Part shown: piece by piece, positions 12,270 to 25,431 of the stretch | Layout of the letters: every line of letters begins with the position of its first letter | Numbering within the stretch: the first letter of the stretch is position 1 | NCBI RefSeq assembly: GCF_902713615.1 | Contig: NW_024055476.1 | Coordinates: 186,001-250,000 of the forward strand | DNA length: 64,000 bases | Reading direction: 5' to 3' | Origin: Scyliorhinus canicula | Lineage: Eukaryota | Translations under genes and position numbers: made by a program | The notes under the pieces: generated by a model | Seen by the model: only the letters and a program-made list of their open reading frames with translations | Databases searched by the model: none | What the model was told of the DNA's origin: nothing

Positions 12270-12599
12270 AGTGTGCAGCGCGCAGCAGAATTGTAAAAGG
12301 CGATTGCTGATTAATTATATTAATATGAAAACATCTTTGGATAATATGGGGTTATATTACCACATAATAATAACTACTCTCCAATTTGAACAATTGTTAA
12401 ATAAGAAGTATGAGCTTGCAGTAAATTGTTATGTTCTGAATGACGCAATCTTTTGGTTTAATCATCATAGAATTTACAGTGCAAAAGGAGGCCATTCGGC
12501 CCATCGAGTCTGCACCGGCTCCTGGAAAGAGCACCCTACCCAAGGTTAATACCTCCACCCTATCCCCATAACCCAGAAACCCCACCCAACACTAAGGGC

Positions 12600-13760
12600 A
12601 ATTTATCATGTCCATAAGGTTTCCCATGGCAGGTTGATGGAAAAAGTGAAGTCGTATGGGGTTCAGGATGTACTAGCTAGATGGACAAAGAACTCGCTGG
12701 GCACCAGGAGACAGAGAGTAGTGATGGAAGGGAGTGTCTCAAAATGGAGAAGGGTGACTAGTGGTATTCCACAGGGATCCGTGCTCGGACCACTGATGTT
12801 TGTGATCTACATAAATGACCTGGAGGAAGGTATAGGTGGTCTGATTAGCAAGTTTTCAGATGATACTAATATTGGTGGAGTTGCAGATAGCGAGGAGGAC
12901 TGTCAGAGAATACAACAAAATATAGATAGATTGGAGAGTTGGGCAGAGAAATGGCAGATGGAGTTCATCCAGGCAAATGCGAGGTGATGCATTTTGGAAG
13001 ATCAAATTCAAGAGCGGACTATATGATCAATGGAAGGGTCTTGGGGAAAATTGATGTGCAGAGAGATCTGGGAGTTCAGGTCCATTGTACCCTGAAGGTG
13101 GCAACGCAGGTTGATAGAGTGGTCAAGAAGGCATACAGCATGCTTGCCTTCATCGGACGGGGTATTGAGTACAAGAGTTAGCAGGTCATGTTACAGTTGT
13201 ATAGGACTTTGGTTCGGCCACGTTTGGAATACTGCGTGCAGTTCTGGTCGCCACATTACCAGAAGGATGTGGATGCCTTGGAAAGGGTGCAGAGGAGGTT
13301 CACCAGGATGTTGCCTGGTATGGAGGGTGCTAGCTATGAAGAAAGGTTGAGTAGATTAGGATTGTTTTCGTTGGAAAGATGGAGGTTGAGGGGGGACCTG
13401 ATTGAGGTCTACAAAATTATGAGAGGTATGGACAGGGTGGATAGCAACAAGCTTTTCCCAAGAGTGGGGGTGTCAGTTACAAGGGGTCACGATTTCAAGG
13501 TGAGAGGGGGAAAGTTTAAGGGAGATGTGCGTGGAAAGTTTTTTACGCAGAGGGTGGTGGGTGCCTGGAACACTTTACCAGCGGAGGTGGTAGGGGCGGG
13601 TACGATAGCATCATTTAAGAAGCATCTAGACAGTTATATGAATGGGCGGGAACAGAGGGAAGTAGACCTTGGAAAATAGGAGACAGGTTTAGATAAAGGA
13701 TCTGGATCGGCGCAGGCTGGGAGGGCCGAAGGGCCTGTACCTGTGCTGTAATTTTCTTTG
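12600..13760 (+). mobile_element. CR1-clade LINE, RT domain to 3' end
   Basis: [38 protein letters not shown] motifs; frameshifts. Confidence 0.9.
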
Positions 13761-14019
13761 TTCTTTGTTCTAATCCACGTAACCTGCACATCTTTGGACT
13801 TGCAGAGGAAACTGGAGCACCCGGAGGAAACCCACGCACACACGGGGAGGATGTGCAGACTCCGCACAGTCAGTGACCCAAACCGGAATCGAATCTGGGA
13901 CCCTGGAGCTGTGAAGCGATTGTGCTATCCACAATGCTACCGTGTAATCATCAGTTAATAAAATACTAATATACCTTTATTCCATTCTGAATTTCCAACG
14001 CCTGCTTGTTTTCTACCTG

Positions 14020-15140
14020 TAATCGTGTTTCAAGCAGATTTAAACACGTAGACCGTTGGCATTTAACCACAAATCATGTAACCGCTTAATATCACTGAGC
14101 ATAAACAATGCAGAAACTCCAAACCTCTTCACAAATTGTACTTAATCAAAGTCACCCAGACACACATTATCCTCAGCAGTTAAACATCAAACTCATCATC
14201 GAGGAGTTGAACCCCGTTTCATGGAGAAGCAGGTCAATTCTACATTGAACAGAATAAAACTTAACATTTCAAAAACATCTCAACATCGAGTCCAGCTCGC
14301 CACCAAATGTATCAATTTTCAAACTAAATAAAAATCTGTAATAACAGCAATATAATTGTGAGGAGCTGCAATGTGTCCAAAACAAATATTGAAAGTTTAC
14401 CGCGTTTTATTCATATTGGACCATATTTTAAACATATTTAAACACTTAATATTTGCAGTAGCTGTAACCATCAATCTCACCTAGACGAAACATTGCAGAA
14501 GCCACAGGCTGCGATTGCAGTAATAATTTATGTTCAGAAAGAACGCCTTGAACCCTGCCTTAGTTTAATGTCCAAACTGCTCTAAAATCCTGCTTGTTTT
14601 CTGCCGACAATCATGCATCAAGCAACTTCAAACATTCCATTCAAAAACATGGAACTGCTCAATGTCACCGAGTTTGAACAATGCAGAAACAATGCAGAAA
14701 CGGCAAACCGTTTCAAACATCTTATTTATTCAAAGTCACCCAGATACAATCTATTCGTCAGAAAACCACCAAATCACATCACCAAAGGCCTGGGACTCGT
14801 TTCATGGAGAAGCAGCTCAATTCAAAACACTTCCAACAAAATCAAACATAACGTTTTAAGAAATTATCAATCCAGAAGCCACCAAATCCACCTGTCATCA
14901 AATGAATGAATAATTAAACAGAAACTTAGAAGAATATCATCAGCATTGTGAATACGCAGAACATGTTCAATAAAGTAACACATAAACCTCAGCATATTTT
15001 GTTGGGTTCGATTTCTAACACTTGTGCAGGAGGTGGTAAAACTTGCAGCCACCAGATGTCACCGAGATTAAACATTGCAGAAACGCTGCGTTGGGTATTT
15101 AAAATAACCCGGCCACACAGTATCCTCAGCAAATAAACAC
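14020..15140. repeat. Old tandem duplication, ~580-bp unit, two copies
   Basis: TCAAAGTCACCCAGA and CGTTTCATGGAGAAGCAG each recur at ~583-nt offset; AAACA(A/T)TGCAGAA occurs near 14100, 14490, 14675 and 15070. Confidence 0.7.
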
Positions 15141-15965
15141 TAAATCACAGCAACCGGGGGCAGCACGGTGGCGCAGTGGTCAGCCCTGTTGCCTCACAGT
15201 GCAGAGGTCCTAGGTTCGATCCCGGCTCTGGGTGATCGTCCGCGTGGAGCTTGCACATTCTCCCCATGTTTGCGTGGGTTTCACCCCCAGAACCCAAAGA
15301 TGTGCACATAGGTGGATTGGTCATACTGAATTGCCCCTTAATTGGAAATAAATGAATTGGATACTCTAAAACATTTTTTAAAAAATCATAACAACCATGG
15401 ACTGAATCCCTGAGCAGCGACTTTTGTCAAGAGGCAGAGTAATTCTATAACCTTTTTCATCAGAATCGCATGAAACATTGCGACAAAATCCCAATACAGA
15501 ATCACCAAACCCACGATTCAGTGAACGAATTAATTGTTTTTTTAAATTTAGAGTACCCAATTGTTTTTCCAAACAAGCAGCATTTTACTATGGCCAATCC
15601 ATTTAGCCTGCACATCGTTTGGTTGTGGGGCTGAGACCCACGCAGACACGGCGAGAATGTGTAAACTCTTGCGTGGGTTTCGCCCCCACAACACAACCAT
15701 ATGCACACTGGGTGGATTGGCCACGCTAACTTGCCCCTTAATTGGAAAAAATGAATTGGGTACTCTAAATTTACTTTTAAAAAAGAGAATGTGTAAACTC
15801 CACACAGACAGTGACCTGGGCCGGGTTTCAATCTCGGACCTCTGCGCCCTGAGATATCAGCTAACAACTGCGCAACCGTGTTGCCCAGAATAAATTGTGA
15901 ACATACAAAAAAGTATAAAACTACGACTGAAATAAAACAGTTGGAAATAATTGACTGGTGCTGAC

Positions 15966-16325
15966 CTGCAGGCACCGTCACCATGGTTCCCTGTCCCCAG
16001 TAGTCCATCCCACCCACTATGTCCACTGTACAATAATAGATGGCGGTATCTTCGGCCTTCAGGTTCGTCATGGCCAAAGATAAGATATTGTTCGAAGTGT
16101 CTGTGGAAGCAGTGAATCGATCTTGAATTCCTGCGGCGTAGCCATTGCTGGAAGAAGTGTCGTACCAAAGCAGCCACTCCAGCCCCTGTCCGGGAACCTG
16201 TCGGATCCAATGCATGGTGTCGCTGCCAAGGCTGAAGCCGCTGGTTTTACAGGTCAGTGTCAGGGAGCCTCCGGGACGCCCGGTCTCTGCCTCTGGCTGA
16301 GTCAACACAACATCCGACTGGACAC
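15966..16325 (-). CDS. IGHV: Pre-joined IgH V-D-J exon, in frame
   Basis: Acceptor TTTTTACAG, 360 nt open: [25 protein letters not shown]...W...[24 protein letters not shown], donor G|GTCAGC; no heptamer/nonamer between V and J. Confidence 0.96.
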
Positions 16326-16451
16326 CTGTAAAAATATATCAAAAAGCCCGAGGATTAATGCTGGTGAAATGATTGGTGACTCTGGAACATTCCATAGAGA
16401 CTAACACTGAGACAGTAACAGTGAGAGACTTGGACAATAAAAACTACTCAC

Positions 16452-16509
16452 GGGATAAGAAAGTCAGCAACAAACTGAGAGAAATGGCCCACCTCATCCT
16501 TCTGGTCAT
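16452..16509 (-). CDS. IgH leader exon (ATG at 16497; in-frame upstream ATG at 16509)
   Basis: MRWAISLSLLLTFLS then C|GTGAGT; phase 1 matches the V exon; 126-nt intron. Confidence 0.9.
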
Positions 16510-16587
16510 TTGGGGGAAATGGTTGTGTCAGGAACTCAGTGAACAAACCAGCTCCCGGACTGTTGGATTCGGGTCCCAGTGAGCGGC

Positions 16588-16596
16588 ATTTAAATA
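16588..16596 (-). promoter_or_regulatory. TATA-like box of the IgH promoter
   Basis: TATTTAAAT ~80-90 nt upstream of the ATGs. Confidence 0.55.
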
Positions 16597-19500
16597 CCCG
16601 GCAGAAGGGGGCGGCTTTCCAGGCGCCGCCTGTTGATTCCCTGGTGGAGGCGGCGCCTGGATCCACGTCCCACCTTCCACACCCCCAACAGAATGGACTC
16701 AGAGATTTTTTACAGATTATTGTTAAAAGTTAGCATTTATCTGTATTGAGGCATTTATTTGTCTGAATGGATAATTTGGAATGTCTGCATTGGTTCTAAT
16801 GGTGAAATTACATTTGAGCATCTGTTAATATAATAGAATAATCTTTTTTGTCACAAGTAGGCTTACATTAACACTGCAATGAATTTATCTTTTACTGTGA
16901 AAAAAAGAATTCCATTGTAAGTTAAGTCCCTTTTTTTCTACTATTCAACATAATTGGATGAACAGAAATAAATTCAACTATATTAACAGTGAATAAGTCG
17001 ACTGTTCGTCTGATTTGAAACACGGCGAGTTTTTAATCCGTGACAGCAATAAAGTATAATTCATCAGTGGAATTTTTTTTTTCGATTTCTGTAACCAAAT
17101 GCGGGAGATGAACAAAGTGATTCTCTTGCGGTGTAGGTGGCTATCCGTGTACAATGTGGGTCTGTAGAAACGAAAAAATGTCACATTATGCAATATCACT
17201 CCTGGAACTTCTCAAACTCCCCCTAAGCCTAGGACACTGTGAACATTCGCAGTAAAAGAAGCCGCTTGCCTGATAATGAAGCAGTAAATTGACAGAGAAA
17301 CATAAAATTCACATGAAGTTTTGACAGAGAAAGGACGGCAGTGGTTTGCCCAGCTGCCTCACGGCGCCGAGGATCCGGGATTGACTCCCGTCCCGGGTAA
17401 CCGTCCGTCAGTAGTTTTCACATTCTCCTGTGTGTCTCACCCTCACAACCTTAAGATGTGCAGCGTAGGTGGATTGGCCGCACTAAAGTGCCCCTTAAGT
17501 TGAAAAATAAATTTCAACTCAAAAATAAATTTAAAACCTTTTGACAGAGAAGTTAATGAATCAGAAAGGACACGGCGACCAGCAAAGTTATCCTTCAGCA
17601 TCCAAATCATTGCAGCTAATTTTACTGACCACCGGCTATCTAACATTCACTGGTGTTGGGAACACAGGATATCAGGACTTTGCGGCATATTACACAATAT
17701 CACAGGAATAAATGTTTTATTCTCCACTGAAGCAGGAACCAGGTCATAAACTGGTAATTTCTCTGAGCGGGACTGTCAAATAAAGGAAATCAGCACAAAT
17801 TAGAACATAGATTGCAGAAGGAGGCCATTCGGCCCATCGAGTCCGCACCGACCCATTTAAGCCATCACTTGCACCCAATCCCCGCAACCCAAAAATCCCT
17901 CCCGAAGCTTTTTGTTGACTAGGGGGAATTTAGCAGGCAAAACCACCTAACCCGCACGTCTTTGGACTGTGGGAAGAAACCGGAGGAAACCCATGCACAC
18001 ACGGGGAGAACGTGCAGACTCTGCACAGTGACTCAACAGGGAATCGAACCTGGGACCCTGGAGCCGTGAAGCCAAAGTGCTATCCACTTGTACTACCGTG
18101 CTGCCAAATTAAACTGTATAGAACGCGGTGTTCATCAGGTATAAGAGACGCGTCCGTTTAAATGACTCGGAGAATATTCCAGGAATTCCGGCGGGTTCAT
18201 GATTTTCTTTTTATTTAATTAAGTTTCTTTGTAATTACAATTAAATGATTGGGCTTGTGGATTGGGTCCATCAACACCACTCACTCTCACTTCATTAGGT
18301 TCTTAACAAACGGACTTTAATAACTAGAGTGACCTTTACTCAGAACTAATATAAATGGAATAGCATCTGATCAGTTTACTATTTTCCGATCATGTTTAAT
18401 CTCAGAGTGATCAGAACATTAACTGAAAATATGTACTTCGATACAACACAATTTAAAACGTTTACTTCACGTGCGATTGAAAATGTTTGAATTCCTTAAT
18501 GCCATTTCGTCCATTCATATTCAGGTTAATCTGTCCCACACAGTATTTGGCAGCAATCCAGCCGCCTGCTGTCAGGGAGGCTCGAATGTTCAATGTTGTT
18601 TACAGGAAGCATCTGGATTGTTTTTCAAAGATCTGTTTTCTCAGTACTGACCGTTTGGCTGCAAGCCAACTTGTCAATGAGGACTATTTATAAACAAATC
18701 TACCCAGCAACAGTACTGGAGATAATTTTAGGTTTTAGAGCCTATTTGAACTGCTCCCATCACAAAGGAAAGGAGAGGTGTCCAGTTTCTCTGACCCGTC
18801 TTAGCAACAATAGCCGGTTGGAGGATCCCTCTAACGTCTCATAATATGAACATAGAACATACAGTGCAGAAGGAGGCGATTCGGCCCATCGAGTGTGTAC
18901 CGACCCACTTAAGTCCATGCTAAAACATATTAACATGAAAACAGAAATATTGTGAAACTCAGAGGCCATCTGCAAATGTTGAATTACTTCCCAAACAGTG
19001 TAACTTATAGCCCATTAAAGATATTACATTTACATTAGGTATAGCTAACTTTAAAAATCAGCGCAAAATCCAGTTACAGATCTGATGTTTCTGTGTGACG
19101 ATGATGCAATTACTTGTCAATATCGCGCAGAGACTGCTGGGTGGCTGCTCATTATCCTTGCTCTGGTTTAATTCTATTCACATTGAATTATGGGACAGAT
19201 GTGATTCCTTACTGGCAGAATGGTCAATGCTATCTTAATAAAGTTCAATCTCAATAAATTATATTAAATTAATTGCAATTACATTTTGCATGAAATAAAA
19301 TGCTGAAAATAATTGGTGAATACAACAGTTTATGTTTGTCGACGATAATTGGTGAATATATTTTTAAATTTTTGTTCGTTGATGATAATTGAATATAATT
19401 ATTTAACTTCGTGAATTGTTTCAATTGATAATATTCACGCCACAGAAGGGCCAGGCAATGCCCATCTCCAGCAAAATGGAATGTAACCATTGCCCCATGA

Positions 19501-20499
19501 CATTTAGTGATATTGCCATCGCTGAATCCCTCACTATCCAAACGCTGTCGTTGACATTGACCAGAAAATGAACTGGTCTGGCCATCTAAATGCTCAGGCT
19601 ACAAGAGCCGGTCGGGACTAGGAAACGTGCGGTGAATAACTCCCCTCTGCTTTCCTTGTTCACGAATTTCAAGTCAGGAGTGTATCTGAATAACCTCTAC
19701 TTGACTGGCTGGGTGCAGCTTGAACAACTTCCGAGAAGCTTAACATCATCCAGGCCAAAGCAATTAATCGTCACCCCACGTGCAAATATTCAATCCACCC
19801 ATCACCAACGAACAATGGCTACACTGTATTATCCGCAAGATGCACTCCAGGAACGTAACAAGGCTCCTTTTGAAACACCTTCTACACACAGGACCATTAT
19901 ATTGTCGAAGAAAAAGCCAGCTGACAGATGGGAATCGGCACCTGGAAAACCCCCGGACCCTCCAATCGCTCACTATCCTGACTTGGAGGCGTATCGTAAT
20001 TTCTTTAATTTCACTGGTTCAAATGCATAGAAACCCCTCCCTAATAGTACTGTCAGCACCTCTAAACCAGAGGGTCTGGAGAGTTTCACACAGGCAGCAC
20101 ACCACCACGTTCTCAGGGGCAATTGTGATACACAATAAATTACAACCTCGCCTGAGACGCCCACATCGTTTAACACAATTTAAATCTGTGTCAAACTGTA
20201 TCAATGGATGCGAATTGGTGAATATAATTATTTATATTCGTGAATGGATGAGAATTGGTGTATGTGATCACAATATTTCTGAACATTTGTGGCCTGCTCC
20301 TTCTCTGCCAGAAAGTATGATCCATTCCACAGGAGACACATGATGCAAAGACATCACCACTATCTGTAAACACCTGCAGACATATCTCACTGATAGCATC
20401 ACTGATAGCATCACTGGGAAGGCCATTGCTAGGTTCACACTTTGAATACTTCATCTTCTTTCAGACCGAATGTAACCAAAAGCAAGATGTGGTGTTTCT

Positions 20500-20815
20500 G
20501 TCGGAAGAATTACCCTGGACATGATCTGCCTCCTCTGACACATGGATATCTCTCCACCTTACTTTCATAAATCTCACTAATACATTCGATGCTGTAAACA
20601 GAGCCGGGGCTACAAGATTTTGGGAAAAATTGGCTGCCCATCAAAGTTCACCAGTCTCATTCACGCCTTCCGTGACAACATGTGCTGCACTGTACAGATT
20701 GATGATTCTACTTCTGACAGATTGTAAGTGAAGAATTGAGTGAACAGGACCGTGTTCGAGATTAAACTCTATTCGACATCTTCTTCTCCATGCTACTGAT
20801 CTTACCGTCCCTGGT
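20500..20815 (+). mobile_element. RTE-clade LINE RT fragment
   Basis: Decayed DLT.AFD.V.R ... GKIGCPSKF motif. Confidence 0.55.
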
Positions 20816-20829
20816 GATATAGCTGGAAT

Positions 20830-23150
20830 GCACAGGCCCGCTACGTGAGACCACAAGCTGTACAATATTTCAAGTTGAAGGATAAAGTCGCCGACTGGGA
20901 GAACCGATCGCGTCGGCAAAACCTGAGAATCGTGGGGTTGCCGCAGGGAATGGAGGGGAGAAACTGCACAAAATCTGCAGCCTCGATGCTCGGGAAACTG
21001 GTCGGCGAGGAGGACTTCGCCAAGCCCCCGGGAGTAGACCGCACCCACATGTCGCTTTTTTCCATGGCTGGGAAACCACTGTGGGCGATAATCGTGAGGC
21101 TCCACAGGTACCAGGACTAGGCGCGGATCCTGAGGTGGGTGAAGAGTGCGAGAGGGTGTAAGTGAGACGGACATTCCAGTCGCCTTCACCAGGACATTGC
21201 TGCTCACTTGGGCAGAATTGAACGGTGTAAAGTCCACCCTGTTCGAAGGTGGAGTGCAGCTTGGTGTCCCCCATCCTGCAAGTTGTGGGTGACATTCCAG
21301 GGTAAAGAACATTACATTGACACCCCGGAGGAAGCCAGTCCAGGAAAGTGGACTGGACAAACAACGATAGAGGTCAATGGCCAGAACGCGGGTGGAAAGA
21401 CATCGAGGGAGACAGGGCGAACACAGGCAGAGGCGGGGAGAGAGGGGGAGGGGAGAGAGGCAGACGGGGATTAAATAGAGGAACCCAACTCTTAGGAGAG
21501 CCGCTACACTGGCGAGCAAGCTGGAGTACCGAGGTACAGGGAAGGAGGAGGCCTCGGGGCGCCGCCCGAGAGGGAGGGAGCTCTTGGCAGAGGGGGTATG
21601 AAAAACAGAACTTCGGGGGAATCAACGAGCAAAAGGGGGGTGGTCGAGGAGGGGGTAAAGCCAAACGGGAGGGGGACTAGGAGCGGATAACAGAAGGGTA
21701 GGCCGCACAGTGGGTGAAGCAGAGCGGGTAGGGGGTTAGAGTGGGGAGGGGAGGTCGCTGGTTGCAGCTGACAACATGTGGAGATGGCGCAAATAAGGAA
21801 GTCGTGGGCGGTCATCTTGAATGGCCCGTGAGCAAGGGCAGGCCCGGACGAACAGGGCCAGGCCCACAGGGTGAGTATGGTTGACCCCACAGGATGTGTT
21901 GGCAGGCCCAGGCCATCCCCCAATCTGGATAGTAACCTGGAACGTGAGGGCCTCGAGGGGCCGGTGAAGAGGTACAGTGTCCTCGCCGATTTCTAGAGTC
22001 TGAGGATGGACGTAGCCTTCCTGCAAGAGACACACTTAAGACTGTGGGTAAGGACGGGCTGGGTGGGACAGACGTTTCACTCATGTTTCGGCATTCGGAC
22101 AAGGGTTGAGGGGGTGCATACTAATCAACAGGACAATTTCATTTATGCTGATGAGCACCGTGAGGGACACGATGGTAGAAGGGGGTTGGGGGTGAAAGGT
22201 TATGGGGAGCGTGACCATGGAAGGGACTCTGGTTGTCTTGGTAATCATATATGCCCAGAACTGGGACGATGCAGATTTCGTCAAGAAAGCAATGAGCGAA
22301 TTCCCGAACCTAGACACCCAGTGACATATCGCACAGGCGGACTTTACCTGTGTACAGGACCCGACAATGCACAGATCCAACCCCAGGACAGGACCGTGCC
22401 AGGCATGGCACCAGAATTGAACCCATTAATGGAGCAGATGGGTGAGAGGTGCGACCCCCAGGGTTACAATCACCCGAGAGTAAAATAATCAATCTTCTCC
22501 CATGAGCACAAAGCCTACTCATGTGCGGACTTCTTTGTCGCAGGGGTAAAATGTGGGAATACTCCACGATTCTAATCTCCGACCACACGCCACGAGGCTC
22601 GAGAAGGGTCCTGATGCTAGAGATGGGCAGGGCCCAAAGCCCCCTATGGAGGCTGGACGCAGCTCCCTTGCCCGATAAGGAATTCTGTACAACGGTACCC
22701 AAGCCATCGACGGTTATGTAACCTTTAACCAGAACGGGGAGGTCTCACCTTCCACGTTCTGGTAGGCGCTGAAGGCGGTGGTCACAGGCGAAATCATAGC
22801 TCATGGGGCCCTTCGGGTCAGGAAATACATGGCAGCCAAGCAGCGGCTGATTGACCCCATGCTGGGTGTTGATCGGCAGCGGTTAACCGTGGAACTGCTG
22901 GTGGACAGTAAAAAGCTGCAGATGGAATTTGATCTGCTCTCCAGAAGGAAGTCACTGCACCAGCTTCGCCATACACATAGAGACAAGGCCAGTCGCATTC
23001 TGGAGCACCAGCTCAGAAAACAAGGAGCCGCAAAAGAGAAAGCGCAAGTTAGGACCAGAAATTGCAGGTTGGCAGCAGACGTAATCGAGATTAAAGTGGT
23101 CTTTGGAAACTTTTACTGAGGGCTATACACCTCCGATCCCTCAGAAAGCG
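20830..23150 (+). mobile_element. Decayed L1-like LINE (ORF1 C-terminus, ORF2 endonuclease region)
   Basis: NRSRRQNLRIVGLP (ORF1) and DVAFLQETHL (APE); many frameshifts. Confidence 0.75.
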
Positions 23151-24898
23151 ACTTGGGGATTCTCTTTCTTAAAAAATAATTTTTATTGGAATTTTTTGAA
23201 AAACATATATCAACAGAACAATAACAATAATAAACACCCCCGGCACCCGTAACAAAGCCACCCCCCCCCCCCCCCACCTCCCGAACCCAACAAACAACAA
23301 AATAAATTAACAAGAAGCAAATTAACTTAAACACTATCCTGCAACTTACTGCGTATGCGTCAATGGGAAAGAAAAAACAGAAAACACAGGACAGTCTCAG
23401 CTGGTCTGACAGCCTCTATGGAGAGAGATGGCAAGTGTCATTTCGAGTCTGGGTGACTCTTTGTCGAAGCTGGACAACTGGATCTTTGGTCAGGTGTAGA
23501 CTGGCGGTGTGGGGGGGAGCGTGAAGCGTTGGGCCTCGACAGACGGCCAGCGATGGGTGGAGAATAACAAAAATGTGTTGGGTCGAAAGAAAAAGGGAAT
23601 ATAAATGTTTCTAATCAGTGTTAAGAACTGTGCTGATAGAGGCGATTAGAAGATTAGAATGTGTTAATGGCAGATGACAATGAGGAACAAGGGGCGGATT
23701 TCCCAAGAGGGATGCGATTGGCTAGGGGAATGGGGAGGGGGAAGCAATGGGAGAGGAAGACATATCAATGGAAGCAATGAAAATAAGTTGATGGAAATAA
23801 ACATGTGGTGAAGTGGGAAGAGTGATTTCACGGTACGAAGTTGTTGAGCGTACTGTAAAATCCGCAAGGCTGTACCGTGCCTATTCAGACGATGGGGGTT
23901 GTTCCTCTGCGTTGTGCTGAGCTACATGGGAACATTGCCGCAGGCCATGATCGGACATGTGGACCTGAGAGCAGGACAGTGAGTTCAAATAGCAAGCGAC
24001 AGGAGAGTCTGCCACCAGCTTGTCGATGGAGCGAAGGTGTTTTCCAAAGCGGTCACCCAGTCGGCATTTAGTCTCTCCAATGCAGAGAAGATGGCATTGG
24101 GATCAGCAAATGCAACAGGCCAGATTGAAGGCTGTCTGAAAGTAATGTGTACTCAAAAGGACAGACACAAACGATACTGTAACTGACTTAGAGGAAATGC
24201 CAGAGACTTAACTGAACCAGCATTGGGAAAGTAAAAACGGTTTTCCTGATGGAGAAACAGGAAAAGCCAGTGTGGGAATCCAGGCTCAAAGTTGATTTAC
24301 AATTATCCCCCCTTTCTTCCACATGAACGGTATTTAGGCTGCAGCATTTTACACACCAAAACACAAAGAGGTCAAATATAAGAAACACATAGTTGTCAAT
24401 TCTTAAACTCAACTCAAGCATTGAATAAGGAAACAAATATTGTGTAAAGTCGGTTGTTTTTTTCTGTAGGATTTAAGAATGCTGCATTAATAATAGAAGA
24501 GAGCATTTCGCCGTTAGAGATTTGCTGAACAAATTGAAATGAGATGAAATCAAAATTACTTATAGTCACGAGTAGGCTTCAATGAAGTTACTGTGAAAAG
24601 CCCCTTGTCGCCACATTCCGGCGCCTGTTCGGGGAGGCTGTTACGGGAATCGAACCGTGCTCCTAGTCTGCTTGGTCTGCTTTCAAAGCCAGCGATTTAG
24701 CCCTGTGCTAAACAGCCCATTAAGTTCTTCATTTCAATATAGGTTCTTCTACTGGCTTGTAAGTTTAGACATCTGTTTTAAAGAAATAGACGTGTTCTTG
24801 TAAGAAGTGACATGGCCTCTCAGCCGAACCATGCGAAGCTGCAACAAGGCAGTTGAGTTGAAGGTGACACAGGTCCGTTGGCGCTTGCGTTGCCAGCT

Positions 24899-24964
24899 GT
24901 TTCTGTAGTGTAGTGGTTATTACATTCGCATTACACGCAAATGGTTCGAAACCGGGTAGAAACA
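24899..24964 (+). pseudogene. tRNA-Val(TAC) pseudogene with internal deletion
   Basis: GTTTCTGTAGTGTAG...TTACAC; variable loop/T-stem segment missing. Confidence 0.8.
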
Positions 24965-25058
24965 TCTGGTGTGTCCAGTTTAGTCTGTCGCTAAATATTA
25001 CCTCAATCTCGTAACTGGTCTTTATCATCGAGGAATAACAGAAGCCTATAACTGCTGT

Positions 25059-25131
25059 GGGCCAGTGGCGCAATGGATAACGCGTCTGACTACGAATCAG
25101 GAAATTCCAGATTTGACTCCTGGCTGGCTCG
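25059..25131 (+). pseudogene. tRNA-Arg(ACG), B-box mutated
   Basis: GGGCCAGTGGCGCAATGGATAACGCGTCTGACTACG...; T loop reads ATTTGACT. Confidence 0.8.
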
Positions 25132-25431
25132 CAGTTCGTAGTTTTGGCGTCCCCTTTAGTTCAGTGGGTCGGACAGCTGGTTCCCGATGCAGAGCAAATT
25201 GAGCAGGGCATCATCAATTCTCGTTTCAGCTGTGGTTAATTATGAAAGCCCTGCCCTCTCAATTGAACTTCAAGCAAAACATAACTTATCTCCAGTTCAG
25301 CAAAGTTCAATATCTGATCCTTTGATAAGTTGAGACATCAGTTTTAAAGGAACGGCTTCTTCCAATAACGTGCATGGCCTCTCGGCGAAACCGTTAGAAG
25401 CTGCAACCGTTAGAAGCTGCAGCCCCGAGCA

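Noticed and set aside
1879-16509. IgNAR or IgW assignment
   Set aside because: V has a conventional CDR2/FR2 and a WGQG J, and CH1-CH3 resemble shark Cmu as I recall them; a database alignment would settle it
17640-17710. QDFAAYYT resembling a V-domain FR3 end
   Set aside because: No Cys, no upstream Trp/Cys framework, no RSS or splice acceptor
20641-21519. 292-aa minus-strand ORF as a host gene
   Set aside because: Antisense shadow of a GC-rich decayed L1 ORF1 region
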